Shown: piece after piece, positions 1-10,406 of the stretch | Numbering within the stretch: the first letter of the stretch is position 1 | Layout of the letters: every line of letters starts with the position of its first letter | Made by a program: the position numbers and the translations under genes | Source of the DNA: Chloroflexota bacterium | GTDB lineage: Bacteria; Chloroflexota; UBA11872; VXNJ01 | Direction of reading: 5' to 3' | Length of the DNA: 64,000 bases | Assembly (NCBI GenBank): GCA_965218195.1 | Contig: OZ244593.1 | Coordinates: 436,873-500,872 of the forward strand | Notes under the pieces: generated by a model | What the model was told of the DNA's origin: nothing | Seen by the model: the letters and a program-made list of their open reading frames with translations, nothing else | Database searches by the model: none

Positions 1-149
1 TCTCGGGGTCGGGAATCAGGTCGACGATCTCCGCCCCCACACCGACCGACTTCGCCAACGCCAGAAGAGATGGACGCTCGTCGGAAGGTTTAAGGATCAT
101 CGCGGACGCGGTTCGCGGCGGTCGGCTGCCGGTCGAACCCACAGACCCG

Positions 150-905
150 CTAACCCGAACCCCGCACGACCATTAGCTCCCGCAGATGCTTGTTCCTCTC
201 CTCGTCACCGCTCACGCTCCTGCACTCCGACGATACGAATTGAATGGCGAAAGCCGGCCGCGGGTAGGGACTGCGGTTCGGCTTGGTGTTGTGCAGAGTC
301 TCGCAGTGGTGCCAGCTTGCGTGACCCTTGGGCACCGTTACGGTCACGGCTTTCGAATCGTCGGCCTCGGACTCTCTGAGAACCGTTCCTTCGAAGCCTG
401 AGTCGTGGTCTACGAGACCCAGCTTATGACTGCCCGGAATAAATCGCAGGGGGCTGTTGTCCTCGGTCACGTCGGCCAGCGCGATCCAGCAAGTAACCGA
501 GTCGGGAGGGTCGAGCTGAAAGTACCCGTTGTCCTGGTGCCACGGCAGCTCTCCGCCGTGATAGGCGGGCTTCAACAAGGCCTGATCGGCCAGCAGCTTG
601 ATGTTCGGTCCGATGAGCAATTCCGTTACGTCCAGGATGCGGTCGTCGTGGATCAGAGCCTCGAAGACCGGATCGAGCTTGTAGACGTTGATGATCTGCT
701 GGACTGAGTCCTTGGCCTCTCCCGTATCGTCGGTCCTGAGCTCCCTGAATGTTCTGGCTTTACGAGGGTCCTCGAAATTCGCCTTCTCGAAGATCTCGTC
801 GAAACGGCTTCGCAGGTCCTTTACCTCGTCCTCGGTGAGCAGCTGCCCATAAGGAAGGAACCCGTCGCGTTCATACTGCGCCACTCGGTCGGCAGATAGT
901 TTCAA
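150..905 (-). CDS. phytanoyl-CoA dioxygenase (PhyH) family protein
   Basis: 251-aa ORF; Fe(II)/2OG dioxygenase PhyH-like residues (HxD...H pattern, 'WHQDNGYF', 'CWIALADVTEDNSPLRFIPGSH'); clean start with no competing in-frame ORF. Confidence 0.75.
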   Translation of the reverse strand: MKLSADRVAQYERDGFLPYGQLLTEDEVKDLRSRFDEIFEKANFEDPRKARTFRELRTDDTGEAKDSVQQIINVYKLDPVFEALIHDDRILDVTELLIGPNIKLLADQALLKPAYHGGELPWHQDNGYFQLDPPDSVTCWIALADVTEDNSPLRFIPGSHKLGLVDHDSGFEGTVLRESEADDSKAVTVTVPKGHASWHHCETLHNTKPNRSPYPRPAFAIQFVSSECRSVSGDEERNKHLRELMVVRGSG

Positions 906-1095
906 ATCAGCTCCTCATTTAGCTTGCTTGCAGATTCCAATTTTAGTCAGACTCCAAGGACTGACGGGGAGGGCGCGAGGCTGTTCTGGATTCCCGCTTC
1001 CGCGGGGACGTGCTTCGCGGGAGTGATCGATAGAGGGGATTTCCGCGGCGACGGCCGTCCGCCGTTGTCAACGCAAGCACTGACGCGCACGCCGG

Positions 1096-1998
1096 CTAGC
1101 CTTTCAGTCCGCCGCTGATCGTTATCCCTCTCACAAAGTACTTCTGCGCCACGATGAAGATGATAAGTATCGGCACGACGCTGATGACCGCCCCGGCCAT
1201 CAGCAGGTCGAACCGGCTTCGGTTAAACCCCTTGAAGGTGGCGATCCCGACGGTGAGCGTCATCTTCTCCTGCGTCGTCAGATAGATGATCGGTCCAAGC
1301 AGGTCGTTCCACGAATACAGAAACGAGAAAACCGCCAGCGTCGCCAGCACAGGCTTCGACAGCGGTACGAACAGCCGCAGGAATATCTGGAAAGCGTTCG
1401 CCCCGTCGATCTTTGCCGCATCTTCCATCTCACTCGAAATCTGCAAAAAGAACTGACGCATCAGGAATATCCCGAACGCCCAACCCATCCAGTTCGGAAC
1501 GATCAGCGGCAAATGCGTGTCGATCCAACCCAGCCTGTGCATGATGATGAAAACCGGGATCATGGTGACCTGCGCGGGCACCATCATCGTCGCCAGCATG
1601 ATGATGAATAGCTGGTCGCGGCCCCAGAACCGCAGCCGCGCGAACGCGTACGCCGCCATCGCGCTGGAAATCAGCGCGCCGAGCGTCGCCAGAATGCTGA
1701 TCTCCCAGCTGTTGAAGAACATGTGCCCAAATGGAATCGCCTTGAACAGCACCGGAAAGGCTCCCAGCGTCCATGGATTGGGCAGCAGCCCGGGAGGGTA
1801 TTCGAATAGCTGCACTTCGGTCTTGAACGCGCCGAACACCATCCAAAGAAACGGGACGGCGGTTATGACGAGTATGACCGACAAGCCCGCATACGCCAGG
1901 GTCATTCCCAGGATTTTCCGAACCGTCACGTAACCGAGGGTGATCCGGCTTCTTCCCAAACGTTCGCCGGCGGGGTAGGTCTCGATTCGATCAGTCAT
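1096..1998 (-). CDS. carbohydrate ABC transporter permease (MalG/UgpE-like)
   Basis: 300 aa, about 6 TM segments, EAA-loop-like 'KIDGANAFQIFLRLFVPLSKP'; overlaps upstream permease by 8 nt (operon). Confidence 0.85.
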   Translation of the reverse strand: MTDRIETYPAGERLGRSRITLGYVTVRKILGMTLAYAGLSVILVITAVPFLWMVFGAFKTEVQLFEYPPGLLPNPWTLGAFPVLFKAIPFGHMFFNSWEISILATLGALISSAMAAYAFARLRFWGRDQLFIIMLATMMVPAQVTMIPVFIIMHRLGWIDTHLPLIVPNWMGWAFGIFLMRQFFLQISSEMEDAAKIDGANAFQIFLRLFVPLSKPVLATLAVFSFLYSWNDLLGPIIYLTTQEKMTLTVGIATFKGFNRSRFDLLMAGAVISVVPILIIFIVAQKYFVRGITISGGLKG

Positions 1999-2917
1999 AG
2001 TGGACCCAGCGCCGCTGCATGCTCCACTGGAACATGGTCACGATGAAGGTTATGGCGAACAGAGTGAAGGCCATGGCCGAGGCATAACCCATGTTGAACT
2101 GCTGAAATGCATGTCTGAAGATGTAAAAGACCATGGTGTACGTCGAAAAGGCAGGCCCGCCGTTCGTGAGTATCAAGGTCTGCTCAAAGACCTTGAACGA
2201 ACCGATGATCGACACCACGACCAAAAAGAAGATAGTGAACGAAATGAGCGGCAGCGTAATGTGCCGCATAAGCTGCCAGCGATTCGCTCCGTCAATGCGG
2301 GCAGACTCGTAATATTCGGGCGCTATCGCCTGAAGTCCGGCCAGGAAAATGATCATGTCGAAGCCCATGGTTCGCCACACGGACATGATGATTACGGCAG
2401 GCATAGCCCATCTCGTATCGACCAGCCATAGCGGCGGCGTGACGCCTGGAATCAAATCGAGCGCGTAGTTGACCAGACCGGTGTGGCCGTCGTACAGCCA
2501 GCCCCATATCAGCGCGATCGCCACAATCGACGAAACGCCGGGCAGGAAATACGCCGTCCTGAAAAAATTCACGCCCTTCAGCTTCTGGTTGACGAGGACC
2601 GCCAGGACGAACGAGAGAGTAAGACCGATAGGCACGCTCGCAAACGTGAAGTAAGCCGTCTGATGCAGCGAGCGCACGAACCGGGCGTCCGTGGGGAGGC
2701 GCGTGAAGTTGTCGAATCCGATGAATTCGGGCGGCGAAAGAGTATCCCAATCGAAAAGACTGAGAGCCAGTCCGCCGACTATCGGGCCGCCGGTGAAGAC
2801 CACCAGCCCGATGAGCCAGGGCGCGATGAACAGGTAGCCGGTGGCGTTCTCGCGCAGCCGCCGCATGCGGCGGCTGCGCGAAGCGACAGACTTCGGAGCT
2901 AGCTCAGCCGTAGCCAT
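1991..2917 (-). CDS. carbohydrate ABC transporter permease (MalF/UgpA-like)
   Basis: 308 aa, polytopic, 'ESARIDGANRWQLMRHITLPL' ABC-2 permease signature. Confidence 0.85.
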   Translation of the reverse strand: MATAELAPKSVASRSRRMRRLRENATGYLFIAPWLIGLVVFTGGPIVGGLALSLFDWDTLSPPEFIGFDNFTRLPTDARFVRSLHQTAYFTFASVPIGLTLSFVLAVLVNQKLKGVNFFRTAYFLPGVSSIVAIALIWGWLYDGHTGLVNYALDLIPGVTPPLWLVDTRWAMPAVIIMSVWRTMGFDMIIFLAGLQAIAPEYYESARIDGANRWQLMRHITLPLISFTIFFLVVVSIIGSFKVFEQTLILTNGGPAFSTYTMVFYIFRHAFQQFNMGYASAMAFTLFAITFIVTMFQWSMQRRWVHYD

Positions 2918-2971
2918 TGCGCGGCTATCGCCACCCGGTGCGGGTCAGCTACGATGCAGGCCAATCCGGTA

Positions 2972-4504
2972 CTAGTACGGTCGCTTGGAGCGCTGCTCCT
3001 CGATGGCGGCGTTCATGCTCTCGGCGTACTGCTGGCCCATCTCGACGGACGTTATGTCGTTGGACAGCATCTGGTCCGTAAACTGCCGCAGTTCGCCTAC
3101 GTATACGTCCCAGAGCAAGTAGCCGTTCTGGAAAGCCTTGGTCCACTTGTCGAGTACTTCGAGCGTGACCAGCCCGTTGTCGGCGGCGCTCAGAACCTCC
3201 TTCGCGTATACGCCTTCGGCGGCGGCCTTCTTGGCCGGCGTCTCGAGAGCGACGCCCAGAGTCTCTTGCCCTTCATCCGTCAGCGCGAGGTCATGCATCA
3301 GCTCCCAGGCCTGGTCCGGATACTTCGAGGCGGTGAACATCTCGAAGTTGTTGGCCTGACCACCGCTGGGCCGGCGCCCTGATTCGGCGTTCAGCGGCGG
3401 CATGGTGACGTCCCACGCGAACGGAGGCGGAGATTCCTGAAGGCCCTGAATCCCCCACGACCCGCCTGTCGGGCGCATCCCTATGAGGCCGGCCTTGAAG
3501 ATGTTGCCGCTGGGAGCCGCACCCGGCCTCGGCCAGATCTGATATTTGTAGACGAAGTCGTGCACGAGCTGCATCGCGTCCGTGTAGCCCTCTTTGTACG
3601 TTATGCACTCGTTGTAGAACTGGTCTTCGTCGAACTTGTAGTGCCCGGCGCCAAAGGGCCAGTCGAAGCCGGGAACGAACCCGTTCATCGCGCCCCACTG
3701 AGTCTGCTTGTCCCCGTCGAACTTGTTGAGCTTCTGGGCTATCTCGATCATGTCGTCATAGTTCCAGTTGCCGTCGGCGGCCGGGTACTCGACTCCCGCC
3801 TCGTCAAACAGCTCCTTGTTGAAGTAGGTGATGTCGCCGTCCCAGGTGACGGGCACGGCATAGACCTTGGTCTGGGTAACGTCTCTCAAGCCCTGCCAGA
3901 CTTCGGGATACCACTCGTTGATGTCGAACGTGCTCACCTTGATGTATTCCGTGAGGTCGACAATGATGCCCGCCGCTACCCAGTTTGGGATAACGTCGGG
4001 AACGCTCATCGCCACGTCGGGCGGGTTGCCGGCGGCAATCTGAGTGGCGAGCCGCTGAAGGTGTCCGTTGTAGTTCGAGTATTCGAACTGGACGTTGTGC
4101 CCCGTCTTCAACTCCCAGTCAGCGATGTTGCGGGCATACGCCGCCACCACGCGGTCGCCCCAGACGTAGCTTGCAAGCCGCAGGCTTGCCTTCTCCAGGC
4201 TGGGCTTCGCCACCTCGACGATCTTGGTGACGACCTTCTCGACCTCGACCTCGACCCGCTGGGTTACGACCCTCTCGACTTCCTGGGTAACTACCTTTTC
4301 GACTTCGACGATTCTCTCTTTTTCGACGATCTGGGTGACGACCTTCTCGACCGGCACCTCCTGGGTAACGACCCGGACTACTTCCTTCTCAACGATCTGA
4401 GTTTCTCCGCAGCCGGCCAGAGCGGCCACCGCCGCCAGACCCGCGCCGCCGAGCAATCCGGATCGAACGACCTTGCGCCGGGTCAAACCCTTCTTCTCAT
4501 CCAT
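2972..4504 (-). CDS. extracellular solute-binding lipoprotein (sugar ABC transporter SBP) with Tat-like signal, lipobox and repetitive linker
   Basis: 510 aa; N-terminus 'LTRRKVVRSGLLGGAGLAAVAALAGCGET' (RR motif plus L-A-G-C lipobox) followed by about 70 aa of VEKVVTQ/VEVEVEK repeats, then family-1 SBP fold residues. Confidence 0.8.
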   Translation of the reverse strand: MDEKKGLTRRKVVRSGLLGGAGLAAVAALAGCGETQIVEKEVVRVVTQEVPVEKVVTQIVEKERIVEVEKVVTQEVERVVTQRVEVEVEKVVTKIVEVAKPSLEKASLRLASYVWGDRVVAAYARNIADWELKTGHNVQFEYSNYNGHLQRLATQIAAGNPPDVAMSVPDVIPNWVAAGIIVDLTEYIKVSTFDINEWYPEVWQGLRDVTQTKVYAVPVTWDGDITYFNKELFDEAGVEYPAADGNWNYDDMIEIAQKLNKFDGDKQTQWGAMNGFVPGFDWPFGAGHYKFDEDQFYNECITYKEGYTDAMQLVHDFVYKYQIWPRPGAAPSGNIFKAGLIGMRPTGGSWGIQGLQESPPPFAWDVTMPPLNAESGRRPSGGQANNFEMFTASKYPDQAWELMHDLALTDEGQETLGVALETPAKKAAAEGVYAKEVLSAADNGLVTLEVLDKWTKAFQNGYLLWDVYVGELRQFTDQMLSNDITSVEMGQQYAESMNAAIEEQRSKRPY

Positions 4505-5183
4505 GCTTCAAAAACTCCCTCAAATTCGAGGACTACAACCCATATAACGGAAAATTCGAATACCAAGCCGTCTACCCGGGTCTCTCTCCCCCCAAAACCC
4601 CAAGAATTCAAATGGCTGGTTCATGTTGGCTGCCGGCCGACCTGCCGGCGACCTTTCGAAACCTGAAGTCAAGGGGCCGTACGCAAACGGCAGGCGACCT
4701 GCTCCAAGGATCGAATACTGCCGCTACCCCCCTTTCGGAACGACCCAGCTAAAGGCGCGCTAACGTGCCTGCGGCGGCGCTCCCGCCAAAATTACCTGCC
4801 TTGCGGCTCGCATCATCGCAGGCCGCGAAGCGGATGTCCACGCTATTGCGACGCCGCAACCAGCCCCGGCGCCTACCAAACACAGGGGCTGAACGCCGGA
4901 TAATAGTCAGAAGAAATAGCTTACGCAATCGAATGAACTGATCAGATACACCCGCTTGACTCGCCGCGCCGGTATCAATGCGGGACGAGGCTGAACGACA
5001 TCGCGCCGCCGCAACAACTCGGGGATGCCGTCCGTGTTGCCGATATCGAAGTCGAACAGGGTATTCTGGTTCGACGTGACGATGACGACCTCCTTGTGAC
5101 CGCGCGGGAGCCGAGGATCGTGGAAGAGGCCGCCGGGCTTGAGGGCGAGGCCGTAGAAGAGCAGAGGTACGATTAAGGCTGAG

Positions 5184-5759
5184 ATGGGCTATTCAGATAA
5201 CGTTGTCCACCACCTGACCATAGACGAGCTAGACGCTGGACTCGATCACATTCGTCAGTCGCCGGCGGACAGCGGCCCGCTGCGTATGATCGTGCGGCGA
5301 CCCGACGTCGGCCGGCGCGAGGTCGTGGCGGAGGGCGAGCTCGACGTTGATGCTGGCCTCGTTGGAGACGGCTGGAAGGATCGTGGAAGCAGCCGCACTC
5401 CCGACGGTGGACCGAACCCCGCCGCGCAGGTCACGATCGTCAACTCTCGCGCGCTCGGCCTGATGGCGCAGTCGGAAGAGCGCTGGCGGCTTGCGGGCGA
5501 TCAGCTCGTGATCGATATCGACATGAGCACGCAGAACCTGCCGCCAGGGACGCGGCTCTCCATCGGGTCGGCGGTTATCGAGGTGTCGGAGGAACCGCAC
5601 ACGGGTTGCGCGAAGTTCGCCGACCGGTTCGGTCGAGACGCCCTGAGATTCGTCAGCACGCCAACAGCCATGCGGATGCGGCTGCGCGGCGTCAACACCC
5701 GCGTCGTTAGATCAGGGGCGATTCGCGCCGGGGATATGGCAACGAAGCTCGGCCGGTAG
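5184..5759 (+). CDS. MOSC domain-containing protein
   Basis: 191 aa; MOSC beta-barrel signature with conserved Cys context 'EEPHTGCAKF'. Confidence 0.75.
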   Translation: MGYSDNVVHHLTIDELDAGLDHIRQSPADSGPLRMIVRRPDVGRREVVAEGELDVDAGLVGDGWKDRGSSRTPDGGPNPAAQVTIVNSRALGLMAQSEERWRLAGDQLVIDIDMSTQNLPPGTRLSIGSAVIEVSEEPHTGCAKFADRFGRDALRFVSTPTAMRMRLRGVNTRVVRSGAIRAGDMATKLGR

Positions 5760-5879
5760 ACCCACCCCCGTCCCAACTCGCAGGTCGCTCGAGAGCTCGT
5801 CGTTCAGTTTGATAACCAGGCCGGGTCGGTCTGTCGGTAGGTCGAGCCTTTTACGGTCTCGACCTCACACTAACTCGAG

Positions 5880-6770
5880 CTAGCCCTTCAGACCGGTGAG
5901 TGTTATGCCTTGGATAAACGTCTTCTGGGTAAAGAAGAACAGGATGATGATGGGCGACAGGACCATCACCGAGGCGGCCATCAGGAATCCCCACTCGGCG
6001 CTCATCCGCGTGTAGAAGCCGTATAGACCTATACCGAGCGGCCACATGGCCTGATCGTTCAGGTAAATCAGCGGCGCGATGAACGAATTCCATTCATTTA
6101 TGAAAGTGAACAGTGCGACCGTGGCCATCGCGGGGCGGCTCAGCGGAATGATGATACGCCAGAAAATCATCACCTCGTTCGCGCCGTCGATCTTGGCGGA
6201 TTCCGAAAGCTCCATGGGAATGGTCATGTAGAACTGCCGGAGCAGGAATATGAAAAACGGCACGCCCAGAAACGACGGAAGAATCAGAGGCCAGTAGGTG
6301 CCAACCATGTCGAAACGCCGGAAGATGAGGTATTGAGGCACCAGGGTCACGAAGGCGGGAATGGCCAGCGTCGAGACCATGACGAAGAACAACACGTTCC
6401 GCCCCGGCCACTGAATGCGGCTGAAGCCGTAGGCGACGAGCGTGGACGAGAGGAGAGTGCCTATGACGTTCATCACGGCCAGAAACACCGTGTTCAGCGT
6501 GTACCGGCCGAACGGTATGAAGTTCCACGCGCCGGGATAGTTTGAGAACTGCCATTCGCTCGGTATCCAAAACCTGAACCAGCCGACGTCCTGGACGAGG
6601 TTGAATAGTTCGCTGTCGGGCTTGAGCGACGTGGAGACGAGCCATGCGAAGGGCACGATGAAGATGACGCCGAACAGCACCAGCACGAAGTGAGCCGCGG
6701 TTCTCGCCCACACGTGGCGAACACGGGCCTGCGTCCGTGGACTGACCCGTTCGAGGCTAATCACTCTCAC
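5880..6770 (-). CDS. carbohydrate ABC transporter permease
   Basis: 296 aa polytopic; 'SESAKIDGANEVMIFWRIIIPLSRP' EAA loop; overlaps next permease. Confidence 0.85.
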   Translation of the reverse strand: MRVISLERVSPRTQARVRHVWARTAAHFVLVLFGVIFIVPFAWLVSTSLKPDSELFNLVQDVGWFRFWIPSEWQFSNYPGAWNFIPFGRYTLNTVFLAVMNVIGTLLSSTLVAYGFSRIQWPGRNVLFFVMVSTLAIPAFVTLVPQYLIFRRFDMVGTYWPLILPSFLGVPFFIFLLRQFYMTIPMELSESAKIDGANEVMIFWRIIIPLSRPAMATVALFTFINEWNSFIAPLIYLNDQAMWPLGIGLYGFYTRMSAEWGFLMAASVMVLSPIIILFFFTQKTFIQGITLTGLKG

Positions 6771-7722
6771 GGTCGCCTCCCATGTAGAAGACCCAGCGGC
6801 CCGAGGTCACGAACACTGCCAGCGTAACCCCCACCACGACCATGAAGAGAAGCCAGGCCATTGCCGACGCGTAGCCCATCTTGAAGTACTGGAACGCCTG
6901 GATGTAGAGCTGCATGGCGTAGAAGAGAGCGGAATCGAGGGGGCCACCCTGCCCCTGGTAGATAACGTATGCCTGGGTGAAGTATTGGAAAGTGGCGATC
7001 AGGTTGATTACGAGGTTGAAGAAAATGGCCGGCGTGAGCAGCGGCAGAGTGATGTGCCAGAGCTTGCGCGTGGCGCCGGCGCCGTCGATTTCGGCGGCTT
7101 CGTACAGATGTTCGGGAACATCCTGAAGGGCGGCCAGATAGATGATGACGGCAACGCCCGCGCCCCAGGTGTTCATTACGATTAGCGCCGGCTTGGACCA
7201 CATCGGGTCGCTGAGCCACCCGGGCCCAACGATCTGACCGAAGCCGAGCGCCCTGGCGCCCCCCTCGATCATCATGTTTACCAAGCCGAATTGAGGATTC
7301 AGTATCCAGGCCCAGAGGACCGAAGCCGCCACGGCCGGAACGAGGTTGGGCAGGTAATAGACGGTCCGGTACATCGAAAGCCCTCTAACCTTCATGTTGA
7401 GTATGAGAGCCAGCGATATTCCCAGGACGAGGTTCAGCGGCACCGACACCGCGGCAAAGTAGACGGTGTTGAATACGGATCTCCAGAAGTTGGGGTCGGT
7501 GGTAAACAGGTCCTGATAGTTCTCGCCCCCAACGAAGTTGAATCGCGGGTTGAGAACGGTGTAGTCGGTGAAGCTGTAGAAGAAAGACGCGCCTATCGGA
7601 TAGACGGTAAAAATCAGAAAGCCGGCAATCCAGGGCGAGATGAACAGAACGCCGGTGATGGTGTTGCGAACCGCAACCCGGCTAACGCGGCGGCTGGGAG
7701 CCGCCCTTGTAACTGTGGCCAT
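6757..7722 (-). CDS. carbohydrate ABC transporter permease
   Basis: 321 aa polytopic; 'YEAAEIDGAGATRKLWHITLPLL' EAA loop. Confidence 0.85.
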   Translation of the reverse strand: MATVTRAAPSRRVSRVAVRNTITGVLFISPWIAGFLIFTVYPIGASFFYSFTDYTVLNPRFNFVGGENYQDLFTTDPNFWRSVFNTVYFAAVSVPLNLVLGISLALILNMKVRGLSMYRTVYYLPNLVPAVAASVLWAWILNPQFGLVNMMIEGGARALGFGQIVGPGWLSDPMWSKPALIVMNTWGAGVAVIIYLAALQDVPEHLYEAAEIDGAGATRKLWHITLPLLTPAIFFNLVINLIATFQYFTQAYVIYQGQGGPLDSALFYAMQLYIQAFQYFKMGYASAMAWLLFMVVVGVTLAVFVTSGRWVFYMGGDRESD

Positions 7723-7813
7723 TGGATTAAGCCGGACCCTTTAGCCTCAAAAAACTCGAAGGGGCGGGAGCGGTTGCTCCCGCCCCTTCCGAATCAAGAT
7801 CGAATGCGAGCGG

Positions 7814-9346
7814 TTAGCTTCTCGACCGCCGCACCTTGACCAGCTCGTCCGTGGCGATCTTCTTGACGTTCGCCATGGACTCCGCAGGCTCTTCAAGGCC
7901 TCGGAAGACCTTCTCAACAGCCTTGCCCCACTCGGTCCGGTAGAACGAGCCGATGGGAATCGCCGGCCAGTGCTTCTCACCCTTGTTCTTGAGACCGGTG
8001 AAGAAGTCGAACCATTTGGCGAGACGGTTGTCGGGACCGATGCGCTCAAGCATTCCGTCGATCCACTCCTGCTGCTGCGCCAGGACGGTCGGTCCGTTCA
8101 GCGTGTTGATACCCATCTGGGCGGAGTTGTCGAAGAAGCCGAACTTCATGAACTCCCAAGCTTCCTCAGGGTGCTTGGCGCCGGTCGGTATGCCATACAT
8201 CCAGCCCTGGACCGAGTCCCAAGCACGCTCTGCGGGAGCGCCGGTGGAGGTCGGAAGCAGACTTACAGAGTAGTTGATGTCGGCGGCGTACTTGTCGAGC
8301 GGGTCCTGCGCCCAGAATCCGGTCGACAGGTAAGCGGCCTTACCCAAGGCGAACGGGCTGCCGGGCTTGGAGTAGCCGGGCTGATCCTGCCAGAACGCCG
8401 AAATCTGATTGAAGTCAAGCTCGTTGGAGTAATCCTGGAATCGCTCCAGAAACGCGATGATACCTGGATGGTCTGGGGTGACCGACTGAGTGCCCTCGTC
8501 CCAGAACTCGCCACCGCTCATGAAGGACATGATCTCTCTGCGCCACTGGGGCTGCCAGCCGATTCGCGTGATCTTCGCGCCATCGCGGGTGAGCAGCTTC
8601 AACGAGTGCTCTATCAGCTCGTCTTGCGTGGCCGCGCCTTCGTCCAGGCCGACCTCTTCGTACATGTCCTGGTTTCGGAAGATGGCGACGAAGTCGGCTC
8701 CGCCCGGCAGCGCGTACAACCGGCCCTGATAGGTCGAGGAGTCCCACATCGACTTGATGTACTGGTCGCGGGTTACACCGGCCAGCTTGGCCAACGAATC
8801 GAGCGGCTGGAACACGCCAAGAAATGCAAGGTTGCCCTGGGCGACCCAGTTCGTGTAGGTGGTGTCGGGCGGATCACCGCCGGCCACCGACGTGAGCAGC
8901 TTCTCTTCCCACTTGGGGATGAACTGATAGTCGACCTTGATGTGCGGGAACGCCGCCTCGAAGTCCCTGGCGAGGTTCGACATCAGATCGTTGTACAGCT
9001 CGCCCCAGTTGGCGTTCCAGGCGACGATCGTCACGTCCTTGACCTTCGGCATTGCCTCGACGATCTTGGTTACGACCTTCTCGACCTCTTTGGTTACGAC
9101 CCTCTCGACCTCGACCTCGACCCGCTGGGTTACGACCTTCTCGACCTCGACGACCTTTTCTTTCTCGACGATCTGGGTTACGACCTTCTCGACCGGAACC
9201 TCTTTGATGACTTCCTGGATCTTGGTCTCGGTGACAACCTGAGTCTCACCACATCCGGCAAGCGCCGCCACGGCCGCCAGACCGGCCCCGCCGACCAACC
9301 CGGAACGGATGATCTTGCGTCGGGTTAGACCTTTATCGATGTTCAT
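7814..9346 (-). CDS. extracellular solute-binding lipoprotein (second sugar ABC SBP); paralog of 2972..4504 with near-identical N-terminal 100 aa
   Basis: 510 aa; same Tat-like/lipobox and 'VEKVVTQIVEKE..' linker, diverged mature domain; GGAGG SD 8 nt upstream. Confidence 0.8.
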   Translation of the reverse strand: MNIDKGLTRRKIIRSGLVGGAGLAAVAALAGCGETQVVTETKIQEVIKEVPVEKVVTQIVEKEKVVEVEKVVTQRVEVEVERVVTKEVEKVVTKIVEAMPKVKDVTIVAWNANWGELYNDLMSNLARDFEAAFPHIKVDYQFIPKWEEKLLTSVAGGDPPDTTYTNWVAQGNLAFLGVFQPLDSLAKLAGVTRDQYIKSMWDSSTYQGRLYALPGGADFVAIFRNQDMYEEVGLDEGAATQDELIEHSLKLLTRDGAKITRIGWQPQWRREIMSFMSGGEFWDEGTQSVTPDHPGIIAFLERFQDYSNELDFNQISAFWQDQPGYSKPGSPFALGKAAYLSTGFWAQDPLDKYAADINYSVSLLPTSTGAPAERAWDSVQGWMYGIPTGAKHPEEAWEFMKFGFFDNSAQMGINTLNGPTVLAQQQEWIDGMLERIGPDNRLAKWFDFFTGLKNKGEKHWPAIPIGSFYRTEWGKAVEKVFRGLEEPAESMANVKKIATDELVKVRRSRS

Positions 9347-9964
9347 TTAGAGGAAAACCTCCCTAAAGCCACTGTCCGCTGGACAGCTATCCACTACTTA
9401 CCTATTTCGACTTCAACGCTCGGGCGACCTGCGAATACCCGCGGCGCTTGCAGCGCGCCAACTTCACGGCCGTCAAGCACGTAAAGTCGCGCTGTCGCGT
9501 TCAAGCCCAAGCCGCCGGAGTCCCCGGCGCCGCGGTCAAGGAATACGTTAAAGACCCAGTTCCCCCCTTTCGGAATCGCGCGCCCAACAGCGTCTGCGTT
9601 TGTCGCGTTCGCACCAAAAGGCTAATGCGGCGATGGCGGGCGGTCGTTCGTCCGGCGACCCGGGAGATCCCAACCTGTCCGGCGTGGACGCCTCAATCTA
9701 CATCACGAGAGATGAGAGAGAGGGATACAGTCCTGTTGCAACTCCCGAAAGCACCCAAAGAACTCAAGCCGCCAAGGCAGATACTAGCCCACGGAGTATT
9801 GAGGGGCAATTCACGGCGCTGATCGGACAAGTTCTGCACAGCAGCCTCCTTTCTGTCAATACGTCTTGTCTCGATCAAGTGTCAATGCGGAGGTTTCCGC
9901 CCTGTCGTAGACCTCCGAGCCGGAGGGCGCCGAGTTACAGGGGTTGCTTGGGCGCCGGCGGTAG

Positions 9965-10216
9965 TTGGTCGAAGAACGCGTGTGCGAGTCCAACCGCCTC
10001 GACAAAGGTTTCAGCGACAGCGTGCGCGATTCGACCAGACGCCATATCGCCTGGCTCGATGACGAGCTAGAACGGCTCGCTCAGCAGTACCGCGACGGTG
10101 GACGCAAGCCTGGCAAAGTGGCGCTAGTGGCAGTCATGCGCAAGCTGCTGTTACAGCTCAACGCCGTCCCGCAACGAGGAACGCCGTGGGTGGACCAGCA
10201 TCCAGCCGCCACCTGA
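9965..10216 (+). pseudogene. IS110-family transposase C-terminal remnant
   Basis: 'GRKPGKVALVAVMRKLLLQLNAVPQRGTPW' matches the conserved C-terminal tail of IS110/IS1111 transposases (consensus recalled from memory); only about 80 aa, internal parts missing. Confidence 0.5.
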
Positions 10217-10255
10217 AAACCCTTGACTTCCAACACAGATGCTCCCGCCCTTTGC

Positions 10256-10279
10256 GTCATTCCCCGAAAGCGGGAATCC
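10256..10279. repeat. hairpin repeat GTCATTCCCCGAAAGCGGGAATCC (ATTCCC-N8-GGGAAT type)
   Basis: perfect 6-bp inverted arms with 8-nt loop; degenerate copies cluster at 49295-49563. Confidence 0.5.
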
Positions 10280-10406
10280 ACCATCCCCGGCGCTGCGTTA
10301 AACTAGGCCGCGCCGCCCGTTCGTGGTGAGCTTGTCGAACCATGAACCGGCAATCAAGTCAGGCCATGCGCCCTTCGACCGAGGCCCGTGCCTCCCGTGC
10401 CGCGGA

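Noticed and set aside
3560-4666. 368-aa ORF on the plus strand
   Set aside because: Antisense to the well-supported SBP gene 2972-4504. Its repetitive acidic 'LDLDPLGYDPLDFLGNYLFDFDD' is just the reverse translation of the VEKVVTQ repeat DNA, a high-GC artefact.
7970-9328. 452-aa ORF on the plus strand
   Set aside because: Antisense to SBP gene 7814-9346, with the same mirrored repeat artefact.
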